Positions 50,071-60,021 of a stretch of DNA of 64,000 bases are shown one piece after another; the first letter of the stretch is position 1, and each line of letters opens with the position of its first letter. The notes below the pieces were generated by a model. That model worked only from the letters and a program-made list of their open reading frames with translations, was not told the DNA's origin and searched no databases. Source of the stretch: an uncultured Mycoplasmatota bacterium (lineage in GTDB: Bacteria; Bacillota_I; Bacilli_A; RF39; UBA660); the NCBI GenBank assembly GCA_949288035.1, contig CASEIJ010000049.1:663-64662 (forward strand), read 5' to 3'. The position numbers were made by a program, and so were the translations under genes.

Positions 50071-50526
50071 ATGCAAGAAGCAATGAATCGACAATTTTGT
50101 GCTTCCGTCTTTATTATTAATCCAGAAAATTTAAAAATATTATTAGTACACCATAAAAAGTTTAAAAAATGGGTACAACCTGGAGGACATATTGAAGCAG
50201 GAGAAGCACCAGAAGAAACCGCTGTTCGTGAAGTGTTTGAAGAGACAGGAATGAAGGTAAAGTTACTTGGAGAACATTTTCCACGTGAGAATGATTTTAT
50301 TAAGCCAATGGGAATTCAATGCAATCGTAATTTATTAGGTGAAATACACATTGATATTTTATATGCAGGTGTTCCCCAAGATTCTATAGAAGTAAAAATT
50401 AATACAGATGAAAATGATGGTGTTAATTGGTTTTCTAGAGCAGAATTAGAACATTTAAATGTATTTCCTGATATTTTAATTACAATGGATCATATTTTAA
50501 AAACATATTTTCATCAAGAAGGATAA
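50071..50526 (+). CDS. NUDIX hydrolase
   Basis: Nudix box GGHIEAGEAPEETAVREVFEETG. Confidence 0.88.
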   Translation: MQEAMNRQFCASVFIINPENLKILLVHHKKFKKWVQPGGHIEAGEAPEETAVREVFEETGMKVKLLGEHFPRENDFIKPMGIQCNRNLLGEIHIDILYAGVPQDSIEVKINTDENDGVNWFSRAELEHLNVFPDILITMDHILKTYFHQEG

Positions 50527-50611
50527 TTATCCTTTTTTTAATAATTATAAATAGAGTATATGTTTACTTTTTCTATATTTTTAATACAAAAACAATGGTA
50601 AATAAAACATA

Positions 50612-50641
50612 TTTACATATTTATAAGATTTATGATATAAT
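50612..50641 (+). promoter_or_regulatory. Extended -10 sigma-A-type promoter upstream of typA
   Basis: TTTACA (50612-50617), an 18-nt spacer, then TGaTATAAT (50633-50641). Confidence 0.45.
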
Positions 50642-50668
50642 AGCTCAGGCCAAAAAGGGAGTGTTTGT

Positions 50669-52480
50669 ATGAAAGAAATTAGAAATATTGCGATTATTGC
50701 TCACGTAGACCATGGAAAAACTACTTTAGTAGATCAATTATTAAAAATGTCGGGAACATTTCGTGAAAACGAAGAAGTAGGAAGTATGGATTCAAATGCC
50801 TTAGAACAAGAGAGAGGAATTACCATTTTAGCTAAGACGACAGCCATTGATTATAAAGGAGTACGTATTAATATTTTAGATACACCAGGACATGCTGATT
50901 TTGGTGGAGAAGTAGAACGTATTATGAATATGGTAGATGGTGTATTACTTGTAGTAGATGCATATGAAGGGACTATGCCACAAACACGTTTTGTATTAAA
51001 AAAAGCATTAGAAGCACATGTAACACCAATTGTAGTTGTGAATAAAATAGATAAACCATCAGCACGTCCAACGGAAGTAGTTGACGAAGTAATGGATTTA
51101 TTTATTGAATTGGGTGCTGATATTGAACAATTAGAATTCCCAGTTGTATATACAAGTGCATTAGCTGGTACTTCTAGTTTAGATCCAGATGTTTCAACAC
51201 AAGAACATACAATGGATCCAGTATTAGATATGATTGTAAACTATATTCCTGCTCCTAATGTAAATTTAGATGGAGGATTACAATTCCAACCTGCTTTACT
51301 AGATTATAATGACTTTGTAGGAAGAATTGGAATTGGGCGTATCACAAGAGGAACAGTAAAAGTAAATGAAATGGTATCATGTGTTCGACTAGATGGATCA
51401 AAAAAGCAATTTAGAGTTCAAAAAATATTTGGTTTTTTAGGATTAAAGAGAATTGAAGTAAAAGAAGCAAGTGCTGGAGATATTGTTGCCATTGCTGGAC
51501 TTCCAGATATTGAAGTAGGAGAAACAGTTTGTACAGTAGGACAAGAAGAAGCATTACCTTTACTTCATATTGATGAACCAACATTACAAATGACATTTGG
51601 AGTAAATTCCTCTCCATTTGCTGGACGTGAGGGAAAATTGTTAACGGCTCGTAAGATTGAAGAACGTTTACATAAAGAAACAGAGCGTGATGTAAGTTTA
51701 AAAGTAGTTCCAAATCCAAATGATAGTGAATCATTTATTGTATCTGGACGTGGAGAATTGCACTTATCTATCTTAATTGAAAATATGAGGCGTGAAGGAT
51801 TCGAATTACAAGTGTCAAAACCAGAAGTAATTGTGAAAGAAATTGATGGTGTAAAATGTGAGCCTTTTGAAGATGTTACTGTAGAAGTTCCAGAAGAATA
51901 TGTAGGATCCGTAATTGAGTCTTTAGGTAATCGTGAGGGAGAAATGATTAATATGACAACACATGGAAATCAAACACAACTTACTTATGTTGTTCCATCA
52001 CGTGGATTAATTGGTTTTTCTATGGAATTTATGACGATGACAAAAGGATATGGAATTTTAAGCCATACATATAAAGAATATCGTAAACAAGCTTCACAAC
52101 ATGTAGGACAAAGAAAAGCAGGAGTATTAGTTTCTATGGAAAATGGAAAAGCAACTGCTTATGCTTTAGGGCAATTAGAAGATCGTGGAATTATGTTTAT
52201 CGAACCTGGTACAGATGTATATGAAGGTATGATTGTGGGAGAACATAGTCATGATAATGATTTAGCAGTGAATGTTGTAAAAGGTAAAAAATTAACAAAT
52301 ACACGTGCTGCAGGTAGTGATCATACAGTTGTATTAAAAAGACCTCGTCAAATGACATTAGAAGTATGTTTAGACTATATTAATGAAGATGAATTGGTAG
52401 AAGTAACACCACAGTCTTTCCGTCTTAGAAAAAAGATCTTAAATACAAATGAAAGAAAAAAATACGATGCGAGAAAATAA
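50669..52480 (+). CDS. typA: Translational GTPase TypA/BipA
   Basis: IRNIAIIAHVDHGKTTLVD, DTPGHADFGGEVER and NKID. 603 aa. Confidence 0.96.
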   Translation: MKEIRNIAIIAHVDHGKTTLVDQLLKMSGTFRENEEVGSMDSNALEQERGITILAKTTAIDYKGVRINILDTPGHADFGGEVERIMNMVDGVLLVVDAYEGTMPQTRFVLKKALEAHVTPIVVVNKIDKPSARPTEVVDEVMDLFIELGADIEQLEFPVVYTSALAGTSSLDPDVSTQEHTMDPVLDMIVNYIPAPNVNLDGGLQFQPALLDYNDFVGRIGIGRITRGTVKVNEMVSCVRLDGSKKQFRVQKIFGFLGLKRIEVKEASAGDIVAIAGLPDIEVGETVCTVGQEEALPLLHIDEPTLQMTFGVNSSPFAGREGKLLTARKIEERLHKETERDVSLKVVPNPNDSESFIVSGRGELHLSILIENMRREGFELQVSKPEVIVKEIDGVKCEPFEDVTVEVPEEYVGSVIESLGNREGEMINMTTHGNQTQLTYVVPSRGLIGFSMEFMTMTKGYGILSHTYKEYRKQASQHVGQRKAGVLVSMENGKATAYALGQLEDRGIMFIEPGTDVYEGMIVGEHSHDNDLAVNVVKGKKLTNTRAAGSDHTVVLKRPRQMTLEVCLDYINEDELVEVTPQSFRLRKKILNTNERKKYDARK

Positions 52481-52503
52481 ACTATCTTTTTGATAGTTTT
52501 TTT
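52479..52503 (+). terminator. Rho-independent terminator after typA
   Basis: Arms AAACTATC (52479-52486) and GATAGTTT (52492-52499), followed by a T-run. Confidence 0.6.
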
Positions 52504-52531
52504 GTTATATTTAATCATAGGAGGAGTGTGT

Positions 52532-53209
52532 ATGAAAAAAGGAATTATTATTGCCTTAGTTGCAGTCATCGTAGTTGCTTTAGGTGCATTTGGAGGTTAC
52601 TACTACTATGAAAACTATGTGAAAGAAGAGCCAAAAGAAGAAGAAAAGACACCTGAGAAAGAACAAGAACCAGAAGAAGAAACAGTGAAAGAATGGACAG
52701 ATGAAGAAATACAAGAGATTTTATCACTATTTTTTGAAAATACTGGTATGACCAATGCGACATCTACGAAAGATATGACTGATAGTGAAGTATTTACATC
52801 CATTGCATATATGATTTTCTTTGATTTAGATGAAGAAGAATATGGTGTAGTAACAGGGGATGAAACAGGAAATGTATATGCGAAATCAATTCCACTGTCA
52901 TCTATTCAAAAGCTAGCAAAACAATACTTTAATCGCGATAATTTTATGTATCCAGGTGATAATATATTTAAATATGATGAAAGTTCTCAAGTTTATCGTA
53001 GTTCCACTACTTTTGGTTTAACAGGACCATCTCCATATTATGTAGTACAAAATGTAGATAGAAATGGAACAGAATATACTGTTACATTACTAGAAACTTA
53101 TTCAGACGATATGAAAGCCCAAATGCCTCAATTACAAGATGTTACATATACTGTACAAATGCACTGCGACAATGAAATTTGTTATCCAGTTTCATGGACA
53201 GAACAATAA
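52532..53209 (+). CDS. Hypothetical membrane-anchored protein with an acidic E/K-rich linker
   Basis: The GGAGGA SD serves the ATG at 52532. There is one N-terminal TM (GIIIALVAVIVVALGAFGG), an EEPKEEEKTPEKEQEPEEE linker, and a globular C-terminal part. No family recognised. Confidence 0.6.
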   Translation: MKKGIIIALVAVIVVALGAFGGYYYYENYVKEEPKEEEKTPEKEQEPEEETVKEWTDEEIQEILSLFFENTGMTNATSTKDMTDSEVFTSIAYMIFFDLDEEEYGVVTGDETGNVYAKSIPLSSIQKLAKQYFNRDNFMYPGDNIFKYDESSQVYRSSTTFGLTGPSPYYVVQNVDRNGTEYTVTLLETYSDDMKAQMPQLQDVTYTVQMHCDNEICYPVSWTEQ

Positions 53210-53284
53210 TTTTCTTAAAACTTTTATTCCTTGCTTGAATAAAAGTTTTTTGTATGATAGAATGACTATAATGGAGATGATAAG

Positions 53285-54073
53285 GTGAAATTAGAGAATA
53301 AAATTGCGGTTGTAACTGGGGGAGCTATGGGAAATGGTGCTGGAATTGTAGAAGTATTTGCAAAATATAAAGCACGTGTTATCATCTTTGATTATAGTGA
53401 TAAAATTGCTAGTGCCATTCAAGATTTTAGAAATAAAGGATATGATGTAGCTGGATATAAAGTAGATATCAGAGATGCTAGAAGAGTAAAGTTATGTGTT
53501 GATGATATTATAAAACGTTATGGACATATTGATATTTTAGTGAATAATGCTGGAGTTGCCAAATTAGTGCCATTCGTAGAAATGACAGATGAAATTAGAG
53601 ATTTTCACTTTGATATTAATATTAAGGGAACTTGGAATGTCACAAAATCAGTTGTTCCATATATGCAAATACAAAAATATGGTAAAATTGTAAATTTATC
53701 AAGCGTAACAGGACCAATGGTTGCTGATGCAGGGGAAGTCGCATACGCAACGACTAAATCTGCTTTAATTGGCTTTACGAAAGGATTAGCTCGTGAACTT
53801 GTTGATGATCATATTAACGTCAATGCAATTATGCCAGGATATATTATGACACCAATGGTAGATGGAATAGCAAAAGACAGTAATGCTAACGATCCTGAGT
53901 CAGTAGTCAAAGGAATTGCTGAAGGGATTCCAATGGGAAGACTTGGAACAATACAAGAATTAGGAGAACTAGCAGCTTTCTTAGCAAGTGATGAATCAAG
54001 TTATATTACAGGTCAAGGAATCGTTATTGATGGTGGTTCTACACTTCCAGAAACAAAATCAGTTGGAGCTTAA
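53285..54073 (+). CDS. SDR-family oxidoreductase (UcpA-like)
   Basis: TGGAMGNGAG, NNAG and YATTKSA (YxxxK). GTG start. Confidence 0.82.
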   Translation: MKLENKIAVVTGGAMGNGAGIVEVFAKYKARVIIFDYSDKIASAIQDFRNKGYDVAGYKVDIRDARRVKLCVDDIIKRYGHIDILVNNAGVAKLVPFVEMTDEIRDFHFDINIKGTWNVTKSVVPYMQIQKYGKIVNLSSVTGPMVADAGEVAYATTKSALIGFTKGLARELVDDHINVNAIMPGYIMTPMVDGIAKDSNANDPESVVKGIAEGIPMGRLGTIQELGELAAFLASDESSYITGQGIVIDGGSTLPETKSVGA

Positions 54074-54140
54074 AAGAATAAAGAGGTTCGTAAAGAATCT
54101 TTTTTTGTGGTACAATATTGCAGGTAAAGGAGGTGAGTAA

Positions 54141-55757
54141 ATGTACGGAGAACATATGAGTTTAAAATTTCATTTGGAAACGATTTACGATGATGCATCA
54201 TTTCGCATTGAAAATAAAGATAAAGTAGGAATTGTTGGTGTCAATGGAGCAGGGAAAACAACTTTATTTAAGGTTATATTAAAGAAGGAAGAATTAAATC
54301 AAGGAAGAATTGTTATTCCTAGAAATACTAGAATTGGTTATTTACCCCAAGAAATTATATTAGAAGATAAAGATATAACTGTTTTTGACTATTTATTAAG
54401 TGCTCGTCCAATTGAAATGTTAAATAAAAAACTAGAACAATTATATATAGATGTAGCTGTAGCAAATGGTAAAGAACAAGATAAACTTTTAAAAGAGATT
54501 AGTAAAACACAAGAAAAATTAGAATATTATAATTGTTATGAAGCAGAAAGTATATTATTTACAATCATTAGTAATATGAATATAGATAGTGAATTGTTAG
54601 ATATGAAATTAAATGATTTATCAGGAGGACAAAAGTCAAAAATCGCATTTGCTCATCTTCTATATTCTGCTCCTGAAATCATGTTGTTAGACGAACCAAC
54701 TAACCATTTGGATGCAACAACAAGAGATTATATTACAAATTACTTAAAAAATTATAAAGGAATGGTTTTAATTATTTCTCACGATGTATCATTTTTAAAC
54801 GCCATTGTGAATAAAATTATGCATATTGATAAAGTAAGTCATAAAATAGAAATGTATCGTGGAAATTATAGTGATTATTTAAAAAAGAGTGAGAAACAAA
54901 AAGAATTAAAAGAAAGAATCATAGAACAGCAAGAAAAAGAGGTCGCAAAATTAAGAGAGTTTGTTTTACAATATTCTAATTCTTCTGGAAAAAGAAAAAG
55001 AATTGCGCAAAGTAGAGAAAAATTATTAGCAAAAAAAGAAAAAGATATGATAGAACGTGATAGGACATATAAACGAGTAAAATTACGTTTACAACCAGAA
55101 AGAGAAGGTTCTAAGATACCACTTAAAGTAAATAATATTTCTTTTGGATATCCAAACTCTAAAGAATTAATCCATAATTTATCATTTTTAATTAATAAAA
55201 AAGAAAGATTTTTAATTGTTGGAGAAAACGGAGTAGGGAAAAGTACCTTACTAAAACTATTAGTAGGAAAATTAAAACCATTGGAAGGTAATATTTGGTA
55301 TGGTAGTAAGACAGATATGGCTTATTATGCACAGGAACAAGAAACATTAGATTTAGATAAAACGGTTTTAGAAAATGTCATAAACCAATCCTATACGGAA
55401 AAAGAATTAAGAACAATCCTTGGAAGTTTTTTATTTCATGGGGATGATGTATTTAAAAAAGTAGCAGTGTTATCTCCTGGAGAAAAAGCAAGAATTGCTC
55501 TTTGTCAAGTGATGCTGAAACGAGCAAATTTACTGTTACTAGATGAACCAACTAACCATTTAGATCCAGAAACACAAGAATTAATTGGAGAGAATTTTAA
55601 AGACTATGAAGGTAGTATTATCTTAGTAAGTCATAATCCAAGTTTTGTAGAAGCAATTGGAATAGATCGTATGTTAATTCTACCCCAAGGAAAGATCACC
55701 AATTATTCCAAAGAATTGTTAGAATATTATTATAAATTAAATACCACACAAAAATAG
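54141..55757 (+). CDS. ABC-F family ATPase (two ABC domains, no TMD)
   Basis: GVNGAGKTT / LSGGQ / LLDEPTNHLD, then GENGVGKST / LSPGE / LLDEPTNHLD, with a charged inter-domain linker. The subfamily (housekeeping versus resistance) cannot be resolved by eye. Confidence 0.88.
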   Translation: MYGEHMSLKFHLETIYDDASFRIENKDKVGIVGVNGAGKTTLFKVILKKEELNQGRIVIPRNTRIGYLPQEIILEDKDITVFDYLLSARPIEMLNKKLEQLYIDVAVANGKEQDKLLKEISKTQEKLEYYNCYEAESILFTIISNMNIDSELLDMKLNDLSGGQKSKIAFAHLLYSAPEIMLLDEPTNHLDATTRDYITNYLKNYKGMVLIISHDVSFLNAIVNKIMHIDKVSHKIEMYRGNYSDYLKKSEKQKELKERIIEQQEKEVAKLREFVLQYSNSSGKRKRIAQSREKLLAKKEKDMIERDRTYKRVKLRLQPEREGSKIPLKVNNISFGYPNSKELIHNLSFLINKKERFLIVGENGVGKSTLLKLLVGKLKPLEGNIWYGSKTDMAYYAQEQETLDLDKTVLENVINQSYTEKELRTILGSFLFHGDDVFKKVAVLSPGEKARIALCQVMLKRANLLLLDEPTNHLDPETQELIGENFKDYEGSIILVSHNPSFVEAIGIDRMLILPQGKITNYSKELLEYYYKLNTTQK

Positions 55758-55785
55758 AAAGCTATGAATTCTTTCTATTTTTTTT
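55754..55785. terminator. Hairpin terminator between convergent ABC-F and ddl
   Basis: Arms ATAGAAAG (55754-55761) and CTTTCTAT (55771-55778), followed by T7. It overlaps the ddl 3' end. Confidence 0.55.
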
Positions 55786-56781
55786 GTAAGCATTTTCAAT
55801 TAAAATGGAGATTAGTTTCGAATAAGATATTCCATCTGCAATACATAATTGCGGATACATACTAATCTCTGTAAATCCTGGAAGTGTATTGATTTCATTT
55901 AAATATATTTTATTTTCATCTTCTTGATAAAAGAAATCAATTCTTGCAAGACCAGAACATTCTAACAATTGAAATGCTTTTTTAGCTATTTTTCTAATAT
56001 CTTCTTTGACAGTTGTTGATATATCAGTATTTATTTGCGTATAGGATTGGTTATTTTCATATTTCGCATCATAATCATAGAAAGAATTTGCAGAAAATAT
56101 TTCTCCAACAGATGATACATGAATCTCTTTTGTTTCTAATACCGCACATTCTAATTCATGTGCATGTATAAATTTTTCAATAAGTAATTTATGATCGAAC
56201 TGAAAAGCGTGATTGATCGCTTTAATACATTCCTTTCTATTGTTTGCTACTTCAATACCAATCGAAGAACCACCACGAGATGGCTTAATGATCATTGGAT
56301 AACCAATTGTTTGTTCTAACTCTTTGATAGAGTATTTATGATTGGTAATAGTTATATAAGGAACAACTGGAATATTATGTTCTTTTAATAATTCTTTTGT
56401 ACATACTTTATCAAAACATATCGCACTACTTTGTAAATTACATCCTACACACGGAATATTTAATAATTCACATAACCCTTGAATACATCCATTTTCTCCA
56501 TAAGCACCATGTAACATAGGAAAGACAACATCATATTTTTGTAGTTCATAACAAATATTTTCAATTTTATCATTTTTATGGTTATCCACCCATGTATGTT
56601 GAAAAATAGATTCAAAATCATGATCAAAACGATGCCATTCATTTTTCTCGTCAATATATATTGAATGAACATCATATTTCTTATCGTTAATTTCACGAAG
56701 TACAGACTCTGCAGAATGACAAGAAACAATATGTTCGGTAGAAGCTGTACCAAATAAAACAACAACTTTCTTCAATCTCAT
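55762..56781 (-). CDS. ddl: D-alanine--D-alanine ligase (ATP-grasp)
   Basis: VVVLFGTASTEHIVSCHSA, KPSRGGSSIGI and LNEINTLPGFT. I prefer the ATG at 56781, because the GTG at 56787 is inside the GAGGTGA SD. Confidence 0.9.
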   Translation of the reverse strand: MRLKKVVVLFGTASTEHIVSCHSAESVLREINDKKYDVHSIYIDEKNEWHRFDHDFESIFQHTWVDNHKNDKIENICYELQKYDVVFPMLHGAYGENGCIQGLCELLNIPCVGCNLQSSAICFDKVCTKELLKEHNIPVVPYITITNHKYSIKELEQTIGYPMIIKPSRGGSSIGIEVANNRKECIKAINHAFQFDHKLLIEKFIHAHELECAVLETKEIHVSSVGEIFSANSFYDYDAKYENNQSYTQINTDISTTVKEDIRKIAKKAFQLLECSGLARIDFFYQEDENKIYLNEINTLPGFTEISMYPQLCIADGISYSKLISILIENAYKKNRKNS

Positions 56782-56890
56782 TTTCACCTCTTTATTATAG
56801 TTTATGTAAAAAAATAAAGTCCTTTCCTAGTTTTAGGTAGATACCTATACATGATATAGCGAAGTACATATGCTAATATTGAGGGGGTAC

Positions 56891-57379
56891 ATGATGAATA
56901 ACTATGTAAATTACAATGAATGTGAAAGTAATTCATATTCAGACTGTGTTATGGATTTTACACAATCACGTTGGAATCCAGGTGTCTATAATGGAAATTT
57001 TACATCGGCAACAGATATAAATGAAGATCGTATGCCAAAACTATATAGTCCTTATGAAGGATATGTAAGAGGAAATTTATTTCCGTCGTTATATCAAGGA
57101 TATAAAAATATAAAACCATCTATCAAAGAGACAAATAATCAAAAGCAAGAATTATTATCTTATATTGGAGCATATGCTTTTGCAGCGCATGAATTAAATT
57201 TATATTTAGATAACTATCCAACTGACAGGGAAGCAGTCAAACAATATAAAAAATATCAAGAAGAGGCTTCAAAAGCGATGAAAGAATATGAGAAAATGTA
57301 TGGATCATTAACTGTTACTGGTGTGAATGCTCAAGATTGGACTTGGGTAAATGAACCATGGCCATGGGACAATAATTAA
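56891..57379 (+). CDS. Spore-coat CotJA-like/CotJB fusion protein
   Basis: The C-terminal half matches CotJB (FAAHELNLYLDNYPTD...YGSLT...DWTWVNEPWPWD). The N-terminal half carries a CotJA-like PKLYSPYEGYVRGNLFPSLYQGY segment. The GAGGGGG SD serves the ATG at 56891. Confidence 0.7.
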   Translation: MMNNYVNYNECESNSYSDCVMDFTQSRWNPGVYNGNFTSATDINEDRMPKLYSPYEGYVRGNLFPSLYQGYKNIKPSIKETNNQKQELLSYIGAYAFAAHELNLYLDNYPTDREAVKQYKKYQEEASKAMKEYEKMYGSLTVTGVNAQDWTWVNEPWPWDNN

Positions 57380-57390
57380 GGGGGTTATTT

Positions 57391-57951
57391 ATGTTTGCAT
57401 ATCAAAAAAGATTACAATTTCCAATTAATATCAAAAAGAAAGATTTGAAAATGGCAAAATTTTTATTATCGCAATATGGTGGTCCATATGGGGAACTAGC
57501 AGCAAGTTTGCAATATTTAAATCAACGTTTTAGTATGCCAGATGGAAGAGGGAAAGCCTTACTTACCGATATTGGAACTGAAGAATTAGGGCATATTGAA
57601 ATGATTTGTACAATGGTACAGCAATTAATGAAAGGTGCAACTCCAAAAGAATTAAAAGAAGCAGGATTAGGTGGTCACTATGCGCAATTTGATCATGCAC
57701 TATATCCAACCGATGCGAATGGAGTACCATTTACAATTACTTATATACAAGCTACAGGTGATGTAATTGCTGATTTAGAAAATAATATGGCTGCTGAACA
57801 AAGAGCACGTGCTACATATGAACATTTAATGGATTTAACAGACGATAAAGATGTATTAGATCCATTATCTTTTTTAAGACAAAGAGAAATTGTACATTAT
57901 GCTAGATTTAAAGAATTAAGAGATATTTATAAAAAAGAAATGAATAGATAA
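57391..57951 (+). CDS. cotJC: Spore-coat protein CotJC (manganese-catalase family)
   Basis: By eye it aligns end-to-end with B. subtilis CotJC: QYGGPYGELAASLQYLNQR, LTDIGTEELGHIEMI, AEQRARATY, FLRQREIVH. Confidence 0.9.
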   Translation: MFAYQKRLQFPINIKKKDLKMAKFLLSQYGGPYGELAASLQYLNQRFSMPDGRGKALLTDIGTEELGHIEMICTMVQQLMKGATPKELKEAGLGGHYAQFDHALYPTDANGVPFTITYIQATGDVIADLENNMAAEQRARATYEHLMDLTDDKDVLDPLSFLRQREIVHYARFKELRDIYKKEMNR

Positions 57952-58055
57952 ATAAAATGCAGACTTTTGTTCTGCGTTTTTTGTATGATGAAAAAATACT
58001 AGGGAAAAGAATATTTACTTTCTTTTTTTGCATATTAAAAATGAGGTGAGAAATC

Positions 58056-58793
58056 ATGAGAAAATATATATTAATTGTTTCTGTTGTAATCATTTTAAGT
58101 GTAATCACAGCTTGTGTCGGACAAACAACGAATTTAGTATTAAAAGATATTACTGGAATTCGTTATCAAGATCATCCAGTACATGAAAAAGATTTTAAAC
58201 AAATAGAAAAATTGATTTCTCAGATTAAATTTCAGAAAATTAAAATGAAAGTGAAAGATGATCGAACGATTTTAATTACTACAAAAGATAATATTTATCA
58301 CTTTGAAATAGGTGATAATTATCGCATGAAATATACGATTAATGAGGCATCTTACTATTCGAAAGATGAGGGACATATTAAGAATTTATTGGATTATTTA
58401 GAAGGATTACCGGGTAAATATGAATCACAGGCATATTATTATGCGAAAATAGATGAGAAATACGAGAAGAAAAAGGATGATGTGTTTATAAAAATGGAAG
58501 CCGATGGAGAACATGAAACACAAGTTGCAATTGAAGCCAAAGAAGATATTTATCAATTAAGAGTACACGAAATTGAATATGATAAGGAGACAGAGAGTTA
58601 TCAAGATATAAATCTTGTGAAAGATAGTAATAAAGTGAAAGCAGGAAAGCAAATTGTGGTAAAAGGGAAGATTAGTAATGTTCCAATGTGGAGAATTGAA
58701 ATAGAAAATCAATATGGGTATAAGACGACTTTCCTACCATATTATGATGAAGTAAAAAAAGAAGTTATGTTAAAAAGAGAGATGAATACATAG
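58056..58793 (+). CDS. Hypothetical lipoprotein
   Basis: Lipobox LSVITAC after a signal peptide, with a strong SD (GAGGTGA). No family recognised. Confidence 0.6.
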   Translation: MRKYILIVSVVIILSVITACVGQTTNLVLKDITGIRYQDHPVHEKDFKQIEKLISQIKFQKIKMKVKDDRTILITTKDNIYHFEIGDNYRMKYTINEASYYSKDEGHIKNLLDYLEGLPGKYESQAYYYAKIDEKYEKKKDDVFIKMEADGEHETQVAIEAKEDIYQLRVHEIEYDKETESYQDINLVKDSNKVKAGKQIVVKGKISNVPMWRIEIENQYGYKTTFLPYYDEVKKEVMLKREMNT

Positions 58794-58877
58794 CTTCTTT
58801 TTTGTATGTAAATAGAGAAAATTACAGTATATGTTTAGTTTTTATGTATATTATAATTGTATTTTTATAAAAAATAC

Positions 58878-58906
58878 TTGCGAAAATAGAGTATTACTGA
58901 TAAAAT
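58878..58906 (+). promoter_or_regulatory. Extended -10 sigma-A-type promoter for tRNA-His
   Basis: TTGCGA (58878-58883), a 17-nt spacer, then TGaTAAAAT (58898-58906), 19 nt upstream of the tRNA 5' end. Confidence 0.55.
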
Positions 58907-58925
58907 AGTATTTGTCAAATGACAT

Positions 58926-59002
58926 GGCGGTATTGGTGAAGTGGTTAACACGGCTGACTGTGACTCAGTTATGCATCGGTTCGAATCCGATATACCGCCC
59001 CA
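58926..59002 (+). tRNA. tRNA-His (anticodon GTG) with encoded G-1 and CCA
   Basis: Hand-folded. G-1 at 58926 pairs with C73. The acceptor stem is GCGGTAT/ATACCGC, the anticodon arm is GCTGA-CTGTGAC-TCAGT (anticodon GTG), and the T arm is ATCGG-TTCGAAT-CCGAT. The 3' CCA is at 59000-59002. Confidence 0.9.
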
Positions 59003-59013
59003 AAATAGAGTTG

Positions 59014-59039
59014 AACTAGGGAATAATCCTAGTTTTTTT
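59014..59039 (+). terminator. Rho-independent terminator after tRNA-His
   Basis: Arms AACTAGG (59014-59020) and CCTAGTT (59028-59034), followed by a T-run. Confidence 0.65.
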
Positions 59040-59174
59040 GTGCCTTAAAGTTAATAAAACATAAAGATGATGAGCTATTTTATTATGTATAGAAAAGCTT
59101 TTTGCAACTTTGTTGATTTACTATTTAGTATGATACATGCTATAATAATGAAGGAAAATGTTAGGTGAAGTTAT

Positions 59175-60011
59175 ATGAGTGAAAAAGATTTAGATTCTAG
59201 TATGAATCCATATCAAGAAAAACAAAAGCCTAAGGGTTATATAAAACAATTACAATGGGATATGGCGATTGGATTACAACAAGTAGATAATTTAAAACCA
59301 TCTAAATATCTTGAACAGATTAGTGAAAAAAATATTTCAGGTGAATTAACAATCAAAGAAGTAGAACAAAGTTTAAGAAAATATTACACTACAAAAGAAA
59401 AACAAAAAGATATTAATCATAATGAATTAGAATGCGACTTTGTATCTATGAGAATTGTTGAACTGTTAAATCAAGATAATTTCGAATTATCAGTAGATTA
59501 TCTAAAATATATTTATAAATATTTATTTCAAGATGTTTATGAATTTGCAGGAGAATTTAGAAAAATTGATTTCTCTAAACATGAAAAAATATTAAATAAC
59601 GATTCAGTTGCTTATGGAGATTCTAAAACATTAACAGAATCATTAGAATATGATATTAGTCAAGAAAAAGAAAAGAATTATAAAGATATGTCCATTGTAG
59701 AAGTGATTAAAAATATTACTGATTTTACATCTAGTATATGGCAAGTACATCCCTTTAGAGAAGGTAATACTAGAACAACAGCAGTATTTATAGAAAAATA
59801 TTTAGTTAGTTTAGGATACAATGTAGATAACTCATTATTCAAAGATAAATCAGTATATTTTAGAAATGCATTAGTTAGAAGTAATTACTTTAATAATTAT
59901 TTAAATATAAAAGAGGATAAAAGTTATTTAATTAAGTTTTATGAGAATTTATTATTAGGTAAAAATAATAATTTACATTCTGAAGATTTGATTGTAAAAG
60001 AGTTATTTTAG
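59175..60011 (+). CDS. Fic/Fido-domain protein with an N-terminal VbhA-like helix module and a non-canonical active-site motif
   Basis: The Fic motif reads HPFREGNTRTTA against the canonical HxFx(D/E)GNGRxxR. The N-terminal GLQQVDNLKPS...ISGELTIKEVE resembles the VbhA/alpha-inh module. There is a strong SD and a TGcTATAAT extended -10 at 59138-59146. Confidence 0.8.
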   Translation: MSEKDLDSSMNPYQEKQKPKGYIKQLQWDMAIGLQQVDNLKPSKYLEQISEKNISGELTIKEVEQSLRKYYTTKEKQKDINHNELECDFVSMRIVELLNQDNFELSVDYLKYIYKYLFQDVYEFAGEFRKIDFSKHEKILNNDSVAYGDSKTLTESLEYDISQEKEKNYKDMSIVEVIKNITDFTSSIWQVHPFREGNTRTTAVFIEKYLVSLGYNVDNSLFKDKSVYFRNALVRSNYFNNYLNIKEDKSYLIKFYENLLLGKNNNLHSEDLIVKELF

Positions 60012-60021
60012 GAGGGGTACT

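Noticed and set aside
50277-50292. parS-like sequence TTTTCCACGTGAGAAT inside the NUDIX gene
   Set aside because: It shares the CCACGTG core but has four mismatches to TGTTCCACGTGAAACA and is not palindromic. Other CACGTG occurrences I checked by eye (for example near 44445 and 45735) also lack the flanks. My scan was by eye and not exhaustive.
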